Below, piece after piece: positions 1 to 8,655 of a DNA stretch of 64,000 nucleotides. Source of the stretch: Dehalococcoidia bacterium (GTDB lineage: Bacteria; Chloroflexota; Dehalococcoidia; Lucifugimonadales; UBA3495); assembly GCA_965115825.1 (NCBI GenBank), contig OZ220464.1, positions 2,901,945 through 2,965,944 of the forward strand, written 5' to 3'. Each line of letters starts with the position of its first letter. Within the stretch, counting starts at the first letter, position 1. The notes under the pieces are model-generated. The model ran no database searches. It was not told the origin of the DNA and saw only the letters and a list, made by a program, of their open reading frames with translations. Both the position numbers and the translations under genes were made by a program.

Positions 1-2225
1 TGGGCATGGCTACTAATATGCCGCCTCACAACCTGGGCGAAATCTGCGACGCCGTTTGCCACGTCATCGACCATCCCAATACCGACGTTGACCAGCTCAT
101 GGCCATCGTCCCCGGCCCCGACTTCCCTACCTACGGACGCATCCGCGGCATCTCCGGCATCCGCGATATGTACGCCACCGGCCGCGGCCGTGTCATCATG
201 GAATCCGTTACCGAAATCGAAGAAACCCGCAACAACCGCCAGCGCATCATCGTCACCGAACTTCCCTTCCAGGTCAACAAAGCTTCCCTCGTCGAGAAAA
301 TCGCCTCCCTTGTCCGCGATAAAACCCTCGTCGGCATTACCGAAATCCGCGACGAATCCGACCGCCGCGGCATCCGCGTAGTCATCGAACTTTCCCGCAA
401 TGCCCAGGCCACCGTAATCCTCAACAACCTCTATAAGCGCACCGCCCTGCGCTCCTCCTTCAACGCCATCATGCTCGCCCTGGTGGATGGCCAGCCCCAG
501 GAACTTCCCCTCAAAGAACTCATCCGCAACTTCATCACCCACCGCGAAGAGGTCATCCGCCGGCGCACCGAATATCAGCTGGGCCGCGCCCGCGACCGCG
601 CCCACATCGTCGAGGGACTCCTCAAAGCCCTCGACGCCATCGACGCCATCATCGCAACCATCCGCAGCAGCCAAGACGTCGAAACCGCCCGCAACAACCT
701 CGTCCAGCAGTTCGACCTCACCGAAATTCAAGCCCAGGCCATCCTGGATATGCAGCTCCGCCGCCTCGCCGCCCTGGAGCGCCAGCGCCTGGATGAAGAG
801 TACAACGACCTGCTGGCAACCATTGCCCAGCTGGAAGACCTTTTGCAGAACCCCCAGAAAATCCGCAACGAAATCAAGCGCGAAACCCGCGAAGTCAAGC
901 GCAAGCATGCCAATGCCCGCCGCACCGAAATTATCCCTGAAGAACTGCAAGAACAGTCCATCGAACAGTTCATCGTTCAGGAAGACGTTGTAGTCACCCT
1001 CAGCCAGCGCGGCTACATCAAGCGCGTCCCCATCAGCACCTATCGCAACCAGCGACGCGGCGGCAAAGGCGTCCGCGGCGCCAACAATCGCGACGACGAC
1101 GCAGTAATGCAGATCGCCGTCGTCAACACCCACGACCAGCTCCTGTTCTTCACCAACAAGGGCCGCGTGTATCCCCTCAACGTGTACGAAACCCCCAGCG
1201 ACGCCGGCCGCACTGCGCGCGGTACGCTCCTGGTCAACCTTATCCCCCTGCAACCCGGCGAACAGGTGCAGACCATGCTCCCCGCCACCCGCGACGAGTA
1301 CAACCGTCTCTACGTCTTTGCCACCCGCAACGCGCGCGTCAACGCTTTGCGGCCCGGCCAGCTGCAAAACCTCCGCAAGTCCGGCCTCAACGCAATGAAA
1401 GTGCAGGATGGCGACGAAATGATCGCCGTCCGCCCCGTATCCGCCGACGCCTCAATCATTCTCGTTACCGAGCAGGGTCAGGCCCTCCTCTGCCCGGTCG
1501 CCAGCATCCCCGAGCGCAACCGCAACGCCTCCGGCGTAATCGGCATGAAAACAAAGCTCGGAGAGCAGACCGTCACCATGGACCTGGGCAGCGACCGGGT
1601 AGTGGCAATGGATGTGGTAAATGACCCCGAAAACGAGTTCCTCCTCGTGGTCAGCGAAAAAGGCTACGGCAAAGCCACCCCCCTCTACAACAGCAAAGGC
1701 GAAGCAGTCTATCGCGAGACCAACCGTGGCGGCTTGGGCGTCAGAACCTTCGCCGTTGACCAGAGCGACAAACCCACTGGCCCCGTGGTCGACGCCAAAG
1801 TCGTCAACTCCTCCGAAATGAACGAAGAAGAGGGCCACGAAGTCTTTATCATCTCCGCCCACGGCCAGGTGGTTCGCATCAACCTCGCCGAAGTCAAAGT
1901 CGTCAACACCCGGCAGACCAAGGGCGTCATCATCTGGCGCGAACGCGGCGGCGACGACTCCGTCGTATCCATCGCCTGCTTCCGCGCCAACGACTATAGC
2001 CAGGAAGACCCCACCCGCCAGAACGGCGCCGACCCTGCCGCCGCCGGTTCAGCCCTAGCCCAGGCCGAAGCCGTCGCCGCCGAAGCCGACAGCCAATACG
2101 ACGACACGGACGACGCTTCACCTATCCCGGCCGACTCTACCATCGCCGACCCCACGGACAACGATGATGGCGAAGACGATGACGCTCCCGACGCTGCGCT
2201 CAACGGCCAGGCCCCATTGCTCTAA
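1..2225 (+). CDS. gyrA: DNA gyrase subunit A, C-terminal ~740 aa (5' end outside window)
   Basis: ORF open to the window edge. GyrA-box QRRGGKG present (YRNQRRGGKGVRG), QAILDMQLRRL segment, repeated CTD blades, acidic D/E tail. Confidence 0.92.
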   Translation, partial: GMATNMPPHNLGEICDAVCHVIDHPNTDVDQLMAIVPGPDFPTYGRIRGISGIRDMYATGRGRVIMESVTEIEETRNNRQRIIVTELPFQVNKASLVEKIASLVRDKTLVGITEIRDESDRRGIRVVIELSRNAQATVILNNLYKRTALRSSFNAIMLALVDGQPQELPLKELIRNFITHREEVIRRRTEYQLGRARDRAHIVEGLLKALDAIDAIIATIRSSQDVETARNNLVQQFDLTEIQAQAILDMQLRRLAALERQRLDEEYNDLLATIAQLEDLLQNPQKIRNEIKRETREVKRKHANARRTEIIPEELQEQSIEQFIVQEDVVVTLSQRGYIKRVPISTYRNQRRGGKGVRGANNRDDDAVMQIAVVNTHDQLLFFTNKGRVYPLNVYETPSDAGRTARGTLLVNLIPLQPGEQVQTMLPATRDEYNRLYVFATRNARVNALRPGQLQNLRKSGLNAMKVQDGDEMIAVRPVSADASIILVTEQGQALLCPVASIPERNRNASGVIGMKTKLGEQTVTMDLGSDRVVAMDVVNDPENEFLLVVSEKGYGKATPLYNSKGEAVYRETNRGGLGVRTFAVDQSDKPTGPVVDAKVVNSSEMNEEEGHEVFIISAHGQVVRINLAEVKVVNTRQTKGVIIWRERGGDDSVVSIACFRANDYSQEDPTRQNGADPAAAGSALAQAEAVAAEADSQYDDTDDASPIPADSTIADPTDNDDGEDDDAPDAALNGQAPLL

Positions 2226-2231
2226 TCACAG

Positions 2232-2278
2232 GAAGGCAGCGTTGTCAAAGCCTCTGCTTTATGTACAACGCTGCCTTC
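2232..2278 (+). terminator. Stem-loop directly after the gyrA stop (candidate terminator)
   Basis: Perfect 14-bp arms gaaggcagcgttgt (2232-2245) / acaacgctgccttc (2265-2278). The 19-nt loop is long and the T-tail weak (ttctatt). Confidence 0.45.
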
Positions 2279-2368
2279 TATTGACATACAAACGTTCGCG
2301 GGGTATGATACCTGCAAAATCGCAGGCACCCAATGCCTCAAACCAATGGTAGCTTGGAGGGAGTTGAC

Positions 2369-3322
2369 ATGAGCGGCACACTGTATCATGGAGATTGCCG
2401 GGTGATATTCCAAGCGTTCGACCGGGAGAACCGGCGCGAAATCCCCGATAACAGCATAGACTTGGTGGCGATGGATCCTCCGTACTTCATTGACGGCATG
2501 GGGGATGACTGGAACCATAAGCGGCTTGCTGTTCGAAAAGCCAAAGGAGGCGTAGTTAAGGGCCTCCCTACCGGGATGAAGTACGATCGCCGCCAATCTA
2601 AACACCTCTATAAATTTTTCAAACCCGTCGCAGAGTTTTGCTACTCCGTGCTAAAGCCCGGAGCATTTATGTGTGTCTTTGCCCAAGGGAGGCTTTATCA
2701 TGCCGTGGCGATGGCTGCGGAGGAAGCAGGCTTCGAAGTCAAGGACATGATGTCGTGGCGTTATAACCGTCAACCGAAAGGGTTCTCGTTGCGTCATTTT
2801 GTCAAAAAGATGAGCCTGTCGGATAGCGAGAAGGACGATATCATATCAAAAATAGGTGACCGTCGAACTCCACAGCTGCGGCCGCAGTTTGATCCTATAC
2901 TTTTGGCTCAAAAACCTCGCGAGGGTAGTTTTGTCGACAATTACCTCAAATGGAACGTCGGAGTGATTAACCCCAAAGTGGGAGTCGATGGGCACTACCC
3001 TGGGACTGTGATTGATATTAAACCTGAGCCTAACCGCAACATCGACCACATGACTGTGAAGCCAGTGGCTCTTATGGAACGGCTGATTGACACGTTCACT
3101 ACTTCAGAAGACATTACACAGACGGTATTAGATCCGTTTGTTGGATCCGGCACTACCGCTGTGGCAGCCCACAAATTGAGGCGGCACTTCATCGGCATAG
3201 ACACTGAAATTGAATATGTCGATATAGCTCTCCGCCGTCTCAGGGCAATGGGCTGTAGCCCTAGAGTGGTCACTGAATATAGCGGCGTCCTTTTCGACCA
3301 CGTGATGCAGTCCGATCATTAA
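2369..3322 (+). CDS. DNA methyltransferase, beta-class (N6A/N4C family, PF01555-like)
   Basis: DPPY motif IV near the N-terminus (LVAMDPPYF) and SAM motif I near the C-terminus (LDPFVGSGTTAVAA). GGAGG lies 8 nt upstream of ATG 2369. The ORF is also open from ATG 2333. Confidence 0.85.
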   Translation: MSGTLYHGDCRVIFQAFDRENRREIPDNSIDLVAMDPPYFIDGMGDDWNHKRLAVRKAKGGVVKGLPTGMKYDRRQSKHLYKFFKPVAEFCYSVLKPGAFMCVFAQGRLYHAVAMAAEEAGFEVKDMMSWRYNRQPKGFSLRHFVKKMSLSDSEKDDIISKIGDRRTPQLRPQFDPILLAQKPREGSFVDNYLKWNVGVINPKVGVDGHYPGTVIDIKPEPNRNIDHMTVKPVALMERLIDTFTTSEDITQTVLDPFVGSGTTAVAAHKLRRHFIGIDTEIEYVDIALRRLRAMGCSPRVVTEYSGVLFDHVMQSDH

Positions 3323-3539
3323 CGACTTTCCCCTCCTCCTCCAATTTGTCCATTACTGCTGTAACGATGCTATCGTTGAGACGAGGGCCGTTGCCCGCTG
3401 CTTCAGCGCCCCGGTAAATCTGCAATGCTCTACTCATATCGGCGGGGCCAACACCGTTTGGTGATTCGTTTTTGAGAACCTCCATGATTGCTTCCTCCAA
3501 AAGGCGGATGGCATCCTGGGCTTTTTCAACTGGTGTCAT
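3270..3539 (-). CDS. Small winged-helix-like protein (possible R-M controller/regulator)
   Basis: 89-aa ORF with a strong SD (AGGAGG, 7 nt before ATG 3539). It is divergent from the nuclease gene and its 3' end overlaps the MTase 3' end by 53 nt. The helix-rich sequence with a basic tail suggests wHTH. Confidence 0.55.
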   Translation of the reverse strand: MTPVEKAQDAIRLLEEAIMEVLKNESPNGVGPADMSRALQIYRGAEAAGNGPRLNDSIVTAVMDKLEEEGKVVNDRTASRGRKGRRYIQ

Positions 3540-3564
3540 TTACAATCCTCCTGACTTGGAAAAG

Positions 3565-4308
3565 GTGAATATTGTGACAACCACACGACTTGGGATCGAC
3601 GGGCCGCACGTTTATATGTCCACCGATGAAATCAAAAGCCGTTACGATGAACTCACTAGCTTACATCAACAGCATCTCCGGCGATACGACGTAAGAATGC
3701 CGGCCGAAGGCTCGAACAAAGCTCTGCACCTCATATACCTCCACAAGCACGTTAGAAAGTTAGTTCACAAGGACACTGTATCGGCTTTTGTGCGTTCTGT
3801 CAAGCCCAATGCGGGCGCTGATCAGCAAGTGCGCCACTTAGCCGCGGATGGATGGAACGTGCTGAACCGAGGTAATGCTATCGATGAAAATGAGATTGTG
3901 CCACCCGGGTATCATATGCTCAGGGACGTGACAACCGTCAAGCCAGATTTTTTACATAGGCGCCTGCGTCGCGTTGGACGAGTAGCTGCTACCTCATTCG
4001 AGGAACTGAAAGCTGTCTATGATTTTCGCTGCGTTACGTGCGGCAGTAGAGAAGGTGGGCACCTTCCGCTAAACCCGGACGCTATCGTTGAGTTGCAGCA
4101 AGGTCATATGCACCCAAACAGACCGCTCACACTGGACAACACTATTCCGCAATGCCAATACTGCAATCAGACATACCAAGATAATTTTGTGTTTGACCAA
4201 AACGGCCGAGTGCAAGCTTTGTTCAACCCCAATTTCATTTTACGTTCTGAACAAGCGGTGCAAGAAGCGATTTTGCACTTGCTGAGGCAATCATTTCCGG
4301 ATGTCTGA
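3565..4308 (+). CDS. HNH (beta-beta-alpha-Me) type II restriction endonuclease candidate
   Basis: C-terminal CVTCGS...QQGHMHPN...CQYCNQ pattern (CxxC...H.H...CxxCN), adjacent to the MTase. Start uncertain: GTG 3565, GTG 3574 or ATG 3616. Confidence 0.6.
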   Translation: MNIVTTTRLGIDGPHVYMSTDEIKSRYDELTSLHQQHLRRYDVRMPAEGSNKALHLIYLHKHVRKLVHKDTVSAFVRSVKPNAGADQQVRHLAADGWNVLNRGNAIDENEIVPPGYHMLRDVTTVKPDFLHRRLRRVGRVAATSFEELKAVYDFRCVTCGSREGGHLPLNPDAIVELQQGHMHPNRPLTLDNTIPQCQYCNQTYQDNFVFDQNGRVQALFNPNFILRSEQAVQEAILHLLRQSFPDV

Positions 4309-4450
4309 TTTTGTGACGTCCAATATCCGATTTGCCAGAGTCACCGAGTTTTGAGTTGTTACAGCGCAGATTATACTATGAGCATCGGGACATGGTTTTA
4401 CTCATGCAATATTTGACGCAAATTAGCCTTCATGTTCCGGAACATTCACA

Positions 4451-5149
4451 ATGCTAGGACATACCTCCATGCAGCTCCTCATGGTTCACGGCTCCGGCCA
4501 GAACGAACTCACCTATCACTATCAAACCGCACATTTCCCCAACGCCGACGCTGTCAACCTCCCCGGCCACCCTCACGGCCAGCCCAAAGACAGCATCGCC
4601 GGCTACGCGGACTGGCTCCGCGAGTATGCCCTGGCCCAAAACTACCCGCCCTTCGTGTTGTTCGGTCACTCCATGGGTGGCGCCATCGCCTTGGACTACG
4701 CCCTGCGCTTCCCCCAGGACTTGGCCGGGCTGGTTCTCATCGGCGCTGGCGCCAGGCTGCGCGTCCACCCCGATTACCTCAATCGCTGCCTGGACGATGC
4801 CCAATGGCGCGCCGAGGCTCCGGCCTACTACGAAGCCATCAACCCCGAACTCGCCCCCCGGCTGGTCGCCCGCGCCCTCCAATCCGGCCCCTTGGTGGAG
4901 CGCAACGACCTCTCCTGCTGCGACCGGTTCGACGCGATGCAGCGCGTGCGCGAAATCGCCATCCCGTCGTTGGTCATTGTCGGCGCCGACGACGTAATGA
5001 CGCCGGTGCGCTACGCCGAATACCTGGGCCGGGAATTGCAGGACGCCCAGGTCGTGGTCGTCCCCAACTCCGGCCATTTCGTTACCCTGGAACAGCCCGC
5101 CGCTGTCAACGCTGCCATCGCCCGCTTCCTCAATCGGTTAGCCGGCTGA
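4451..5149 (+). CDS. Alpha/beta-fold hydrolase
   Basis: Nucleophile elbow GHSMGG, an HGSG-type N-terminal strand, and a C-terminal SGH motif. Confidence 0.8.
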   Translation: MLGHTSMQLLMVHGSGQNELTYHYQTAHFPNADAVNLPGHPHGQPKDSIAGYADWLREYALAQNYPPFVLFGHSMGGAIALDYALRFPQDLAGLVLIGAGARLRVHPDYLNRCLDDAQWRAEAPAYYEAINPELAPRLVARALQSGPLVERNDLSCCDRFDAMQRVREIAIPSLVIVGADDVMTPVRYAEYLGRELQDAQVVVVPNSGHFVTLEQPAAVNAAIARFLNRLAG

Positions 5150-5206
5150 TTGGCGGCGCCCATTGCTGGTATTATGTGGTCATCCGAGCCTACTCGCTTG
5201 ACCGCA

Positions 5207-7411
5207 ATGGCCACCATCCAATCCTACGCGCCCGACGCTCATCGGCTGGCCGATTCGCTGGCCGCCATCTACGCCGGCCGCTCCGACGCCGAGGGCCTGC
5301 CCGCCGCCCGCCGCATCTCCGCAACCGCAGCCCAACTGTCGGACTCCGCCCCGGCTGCCGACGCTGCAATAATCAACGTGGCGGCGCTTTTCCTCCTCTC
5401 CGGTCGGCCCGACGCTTCCCATCGCTCCCAGCTTTCCGCCGCCATCGTCGACGCTTGGCTGCGCGGCGCCGGCGCCCCTGAGCCTTTTGTCGCCGCCGTG
5501 CGCAGCGTTCTCCTGGACGCTTGGAACCCCGCTCCCAACGCCCACATCGCAAGGCTGCTGTGGCATTCCGCCCAACTGGACCTGGTCTGCGTAGAACGGC
5601 ACGCCCATTACTTGCAGGATACGCCCCCATCCGGACATTGCCGGGAGCAGTACCTGGCCGCCTACCGCCGCGATTGCCTCATGCCTGCCTTGACCCTCCG
5701 CCCGCGCTTGTCAATGCCGGCGGCGGTAGCAATCTACGATGCGCGGATGCCCCTGCTGTCCGCCTGGTTGGACCAACATCCGATGCCGCCGGTTCCCGCC
5801 GACTGGCGCCGCTTGGCCGAAGTGTCCACCATAGAGCAAGGCGTTCAGAGTCTGCTCGCCGGCGAAGACCCGGCGCAAGTCCGCGCCGCAATGCCCGCCC
5901 CCGGCCTACCCTACGCCGAATATCGGGCGCGCCAGCGCGCCATCATCGCCGGCAGCCACCACCGCATCCTGGAGTTGGCCCACGACCGTATCCAAGCCTC
6001 CCGCAACGTCGCCGCCGAAAAATACCTCGAAAGCGACACCATCCACAAACCCGCCGTCGAGGAAAACCTGTTCGCCAGCGCCCGACGCCGCGCCCGTCAG
6101 CTCGGCCTGTCTCCCGAAACCGCCGAAGACATCGCCCGCCTCCTCCTCTCCAACGCCCGCGAAGTGCAGGAACGCACCCTCAACGACATCGCCCAGCGCC
6201 TCAGCCGCCTCCACGGCCAAATCCTGGACGCCGATTCTCCCGAAACCAGCGCCGAAGAAGCCGACATCGCCACCCCTTCCCTAGTTGTGCGCACCGGCGA
6301 CCAGCCCCTGGCCCGCGAAAACGAACTCATCAAGGAACTTCGCGTTACCGGACTCAACGAAGCTTACCCGGAACAGCGTCGCCGCTTTGCCCAGTGGTTT
6401 GATCCTCCTCATCCTTACATACTCACCGGGCAGATTGTCGCCAGCCGCGACGCCGACTTGTTCCTGCAAGCCCTCACCGACGGCCATCCCTGCAAGGTCG
6501 TCGCTGCCATGCCCGCGCACGGCCCGATGCACTTGACCCATGGCGCTCTCGGCAGCCTGCTCACTTACTTCCAGTCACTGGGCGCCGCAATCATCCTCGC
6601 TTTCCGGGACGAGACCCATTCCCGCCCGGAGGCCCGCCGGAATATGCTCGACCGTCTGCTTACCCTGGCCGCCAATGGCCTCGACCTCCGCCGCGCCGAC
6701 GCTTACCTGCAACTCGACCGCCCCGCCATCACGACCGCCGCTTTTGAGCTGGGCCGCGTTACTCCCTTAAGTCTGCTCAACTCGGCCCTCGGCCTCCGCC
6801 TGAACAGCAGCGCCACCGATACCTTTCTCCCCCTCTTGCGCATCGCCGACATCCTCCATATCCAGCAGCCTGAATTCGGCGGCCCCTGCCGCACCCTGGT
6901 CATCGACGGCATCGGCGGCGACGTGTACGTCCGCATGGCCCGCAGCGTCGCCGACCGCTTTGGACTCCTCAAGCCCTCCGCCCTCTACCTCCGCGCCATG
7001 CGCAGCCTCGCCACCTACCACGACCCGACTACCGGCAGCGCCGTGGAAATTATGACCAACGCCGTCCCCCAGGGGCGCATCGCCTACGACGACCATCCTG
7101 ACGACATCCGCCGCCGCATCCGACGCGCCTACACCGGCGGACGTCGCACCTCCGCGGAGCAGCGCGCCAAGGGCGGCAACCCCGACCCCCGCGTTTGCAG
7201 CGTCTCCAGCCTCCACGCCTTCCACGCCACGCCCGAGCCCGACGCCTACGCCGAGCTGCAAAAACGCTGCCGCTCCGGAGACCTCCTCTGTGGCGAATGC
7301 AAAGCCTCCGCCGCCCACAACCTGCTAAAATACTTGCGGCGCAGCCGGCAAACCCGCGACGCCTTGCCCCAATCCGTCCAACTGCGCGCCCGCTCCCTCG
7401 CCGGCCTCTGA
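5207..7411 (+). CDS. Multidomain protein: unknown N-terminal region + AroQ chorismate-mutase-like segment + degenerate TrpRS-like C-terminal domain
   Basis: nt ~5912-6190 fits the CM_2 pattern (R..I..ILELAHDR...S..VAAEK....I..P..EE...A...GLSPE...I...L...S...Q). nt ~6412-7411 aligns by eye with the neighbouring TrpRS, but HLGH is HLTH and KMSKS is replaced by EIMTN. First ATG at 5207; the ORF is open from TTG 5150. Confidence 0.6.
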   Translation: MATIQSYAPDAHRLADSLAAIYAGRSDAEGLPAARRISATAAQLSDSAPAADAAIINVAALFLLSGRPDASHRSQLSAAIVDAWLRGAGAPEPFVAAVRSVLLDAWNPAPNAHIARLLWHSAQLDLVCVERHAHYLQDTPPSGHCREQYLAAYRRDCLMPALTLRPRLSMPAAVAIYDARMPLLSAWLDQHPMPPVPADWRRLAEVSTIEQGVQSLLAGEDPAQVRAAMPAPGLPYAEYRARQRAIIAGSHHRILELAHDRIQASRNVAAEKYLESDTIHKPAVEENLFASARRRARQLGLSPETAEDIARLLLSNAREVQERTLNDIAQRLSRLHGQILDADSPETSAEEADIATPSLVVRTGDQPLARENELIKELRVTGLNEAYPEQRRRFAQWFDPPHPYILTGQIVASRDADLFLQALTDGHPCKVVAAMPAHGPMHLTHGALGSLLTYFQSLGAAIILAFRDETHSRPEARRNMLDRLLTLAANGLDLRRADAYLQLDRPAITTAAFELGRVTPLSLLNSALGLRLNSSATDTFLPLLRIADILHIQQPEFGGPCRTLVIDGIGGDVYVRMARSVADRFGLLKPSALYLRAMRSLATYHDPTTGSAVEIMTNAVPQGRIAYDDHPDDIRRRIRRAYTGGRRTSAEQRAKGGNPDPRVCSVSSLHAFHATPEPDAYAELQKRCRSGDLLCGECKASAAHNLLKYLRRSRQTRDALPQSVQLRARSLAGL

Positions 7412-7473
7412 AGGCCCAACCTGCCGGCGAAGGCTGCCTGCTTGCCCCATCACCTACCCAGGAGACCACCGCC

Positions 7474-8490
7474 ATGTCAGACCTGCAACGCATCCTCACC
7501 GGGATGCGTCCCACCGGACAACTCCACCTCGGCCACTATCTGGGCGCCCTGGAAAACTGGACCCAAATGCAGCATGAATACGACTGCTTCTTCCTCATCG
7601 CCGATTACCAGGCCATGAGCGACCATCTCGACGACATCAGCCTCATCCGCCGCTCAGTATTAGATGTCGCCACCGACTGGCTCGCCGTCGGCCTAGACCC
7701 CGATAAGTCCGCCTTCGTCATTCAAAGCTACGTCCCCGAGCACGCCGAGCTCACCATGTACTTTTCCATGCTCACCCCCCTGAGCCAGCATCAGAAAAAC
7801 CCCACCCTCCGCGCCGAAACCGCGCAGCTCGCAGCCGAGCATCAATCCATAACCCTGGGCTTCTTCAACTACCCCATCAGCCAGGCCGCCGACATCCTTC
7901 TGCCCAAGGCCCACCTGGTTCCCGTCGGCCAGGACCAGGTTCCCCACATCGAATACACCCGCAACGTCGCCCGACGCTTCAACCGCCTCTACGGTGAAGT
8001 CTTCCCTCTCCCCCGCGCCCGCGTCGGTCGTGTTCCCCGCCTCGTTGGCACCGACGGCCAGGCCAAAATGAGCAAGAGCCTCAACAACACCATCTACCTC
8101 GCCGACGACCCGGAAACCGTCGCCAACCGCATCCGCCGCATGGTAACCGATGTCACCGGACAAAACCCCCGCCTCCGGGCCACCGACCCCGGCGTCGTGG
8201 ATCACAACCCCGCCTTCCTCTACCATGACGCATTCAACGACAACCCCGACGAAGTCGCCGAGCTCAAAGAACGTTACGCCGCTGGCTCAGTCAGCGACAG
8301 CGAAGTCAAAAAGCGTCTTACCCATGCCGTCAATCGCTTCCTGGAACCCATCCGCGAACGCCGCGCCTGGTACGAGCGGCATCCGGATTACGTCCGCGAC
8401 GTCCTCCTCGCCGGCACCCAGCGCGAACGCGACGTCGCCCAGCAAACCATGGCCGAAGTCCGCCAGGCCATGCAAGTAATTTACACTTGA
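7474..8490 (+). CDS. trpS: Tryptophan--tRNA ligase
   Basis: ILTGMRPTGQLHLGHYLGAL (HIGH-type) and KMSKS motifs. AGGAGA SD upstream of ATG 7474. Confidence 0.92.
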   Translation: MSDLQRILTGMRPTGQLHLGHYLGALENWTQMQHEYDCFFLIADYQAMSDHLDDISLIRRSVLDVATDWLAVGLDPDKSAFVIQSYVPEHAELTMYFSMLTPLSQHQKNPTLRAETAQLAAEHQSITLGFFNYPISQAADILLPKAHLVPVGQDQVPHIEYTRNVARRFNRLYGEVFPLPRARVGRVPRLVGTDGQAKMSKSLNNTIYLADDPETVANRIRRMVTDVTGQNPRLRATDPGVVDHNPAFLYHDAFNDNPDEVAELKERYAAGSVSDSEVKKRLTHAVNRFLEPIRERRAWYERHPDYVRDVLLAGTQRERDVAQQTMAEVRQAMQVIYT

Positions 8491-8655
8491 CGCCCCGCGC
8501 CCATAGCCGTCCATCACGCAACAAGCATCATCCCCCGCGCGCAAGCCTAATAGCAGCAGCCATCCCCACCGGCGTAGCCGTAACCGTCACCGACCCGCCA
8601 ACGCCGGCTAACCGGAAGAAAAGCCGACATATGCGCAATTTCCCCTCCCCATGGA

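Noticed and set aside
4432-5481. 349-aa Arg/Pro-rich ORF overlapping the alpha/beta hydrolase gene and the next gene
   Set aside because: An off-frame product typical of high-GC DNA (RP-rich low complexity). The overlapping frames carry recognisable protein motifs.
7412-7473. T-box leader upstream of trpS (and upstream of tyrS at 57163-57210)
   Set aside because: The intergenic spaces are only ~60 and ~48 nt, far too short for a T-box, and no AGAGA / T-box (AAUUAGGGUGGUACCGCG-like) sequence is seen.
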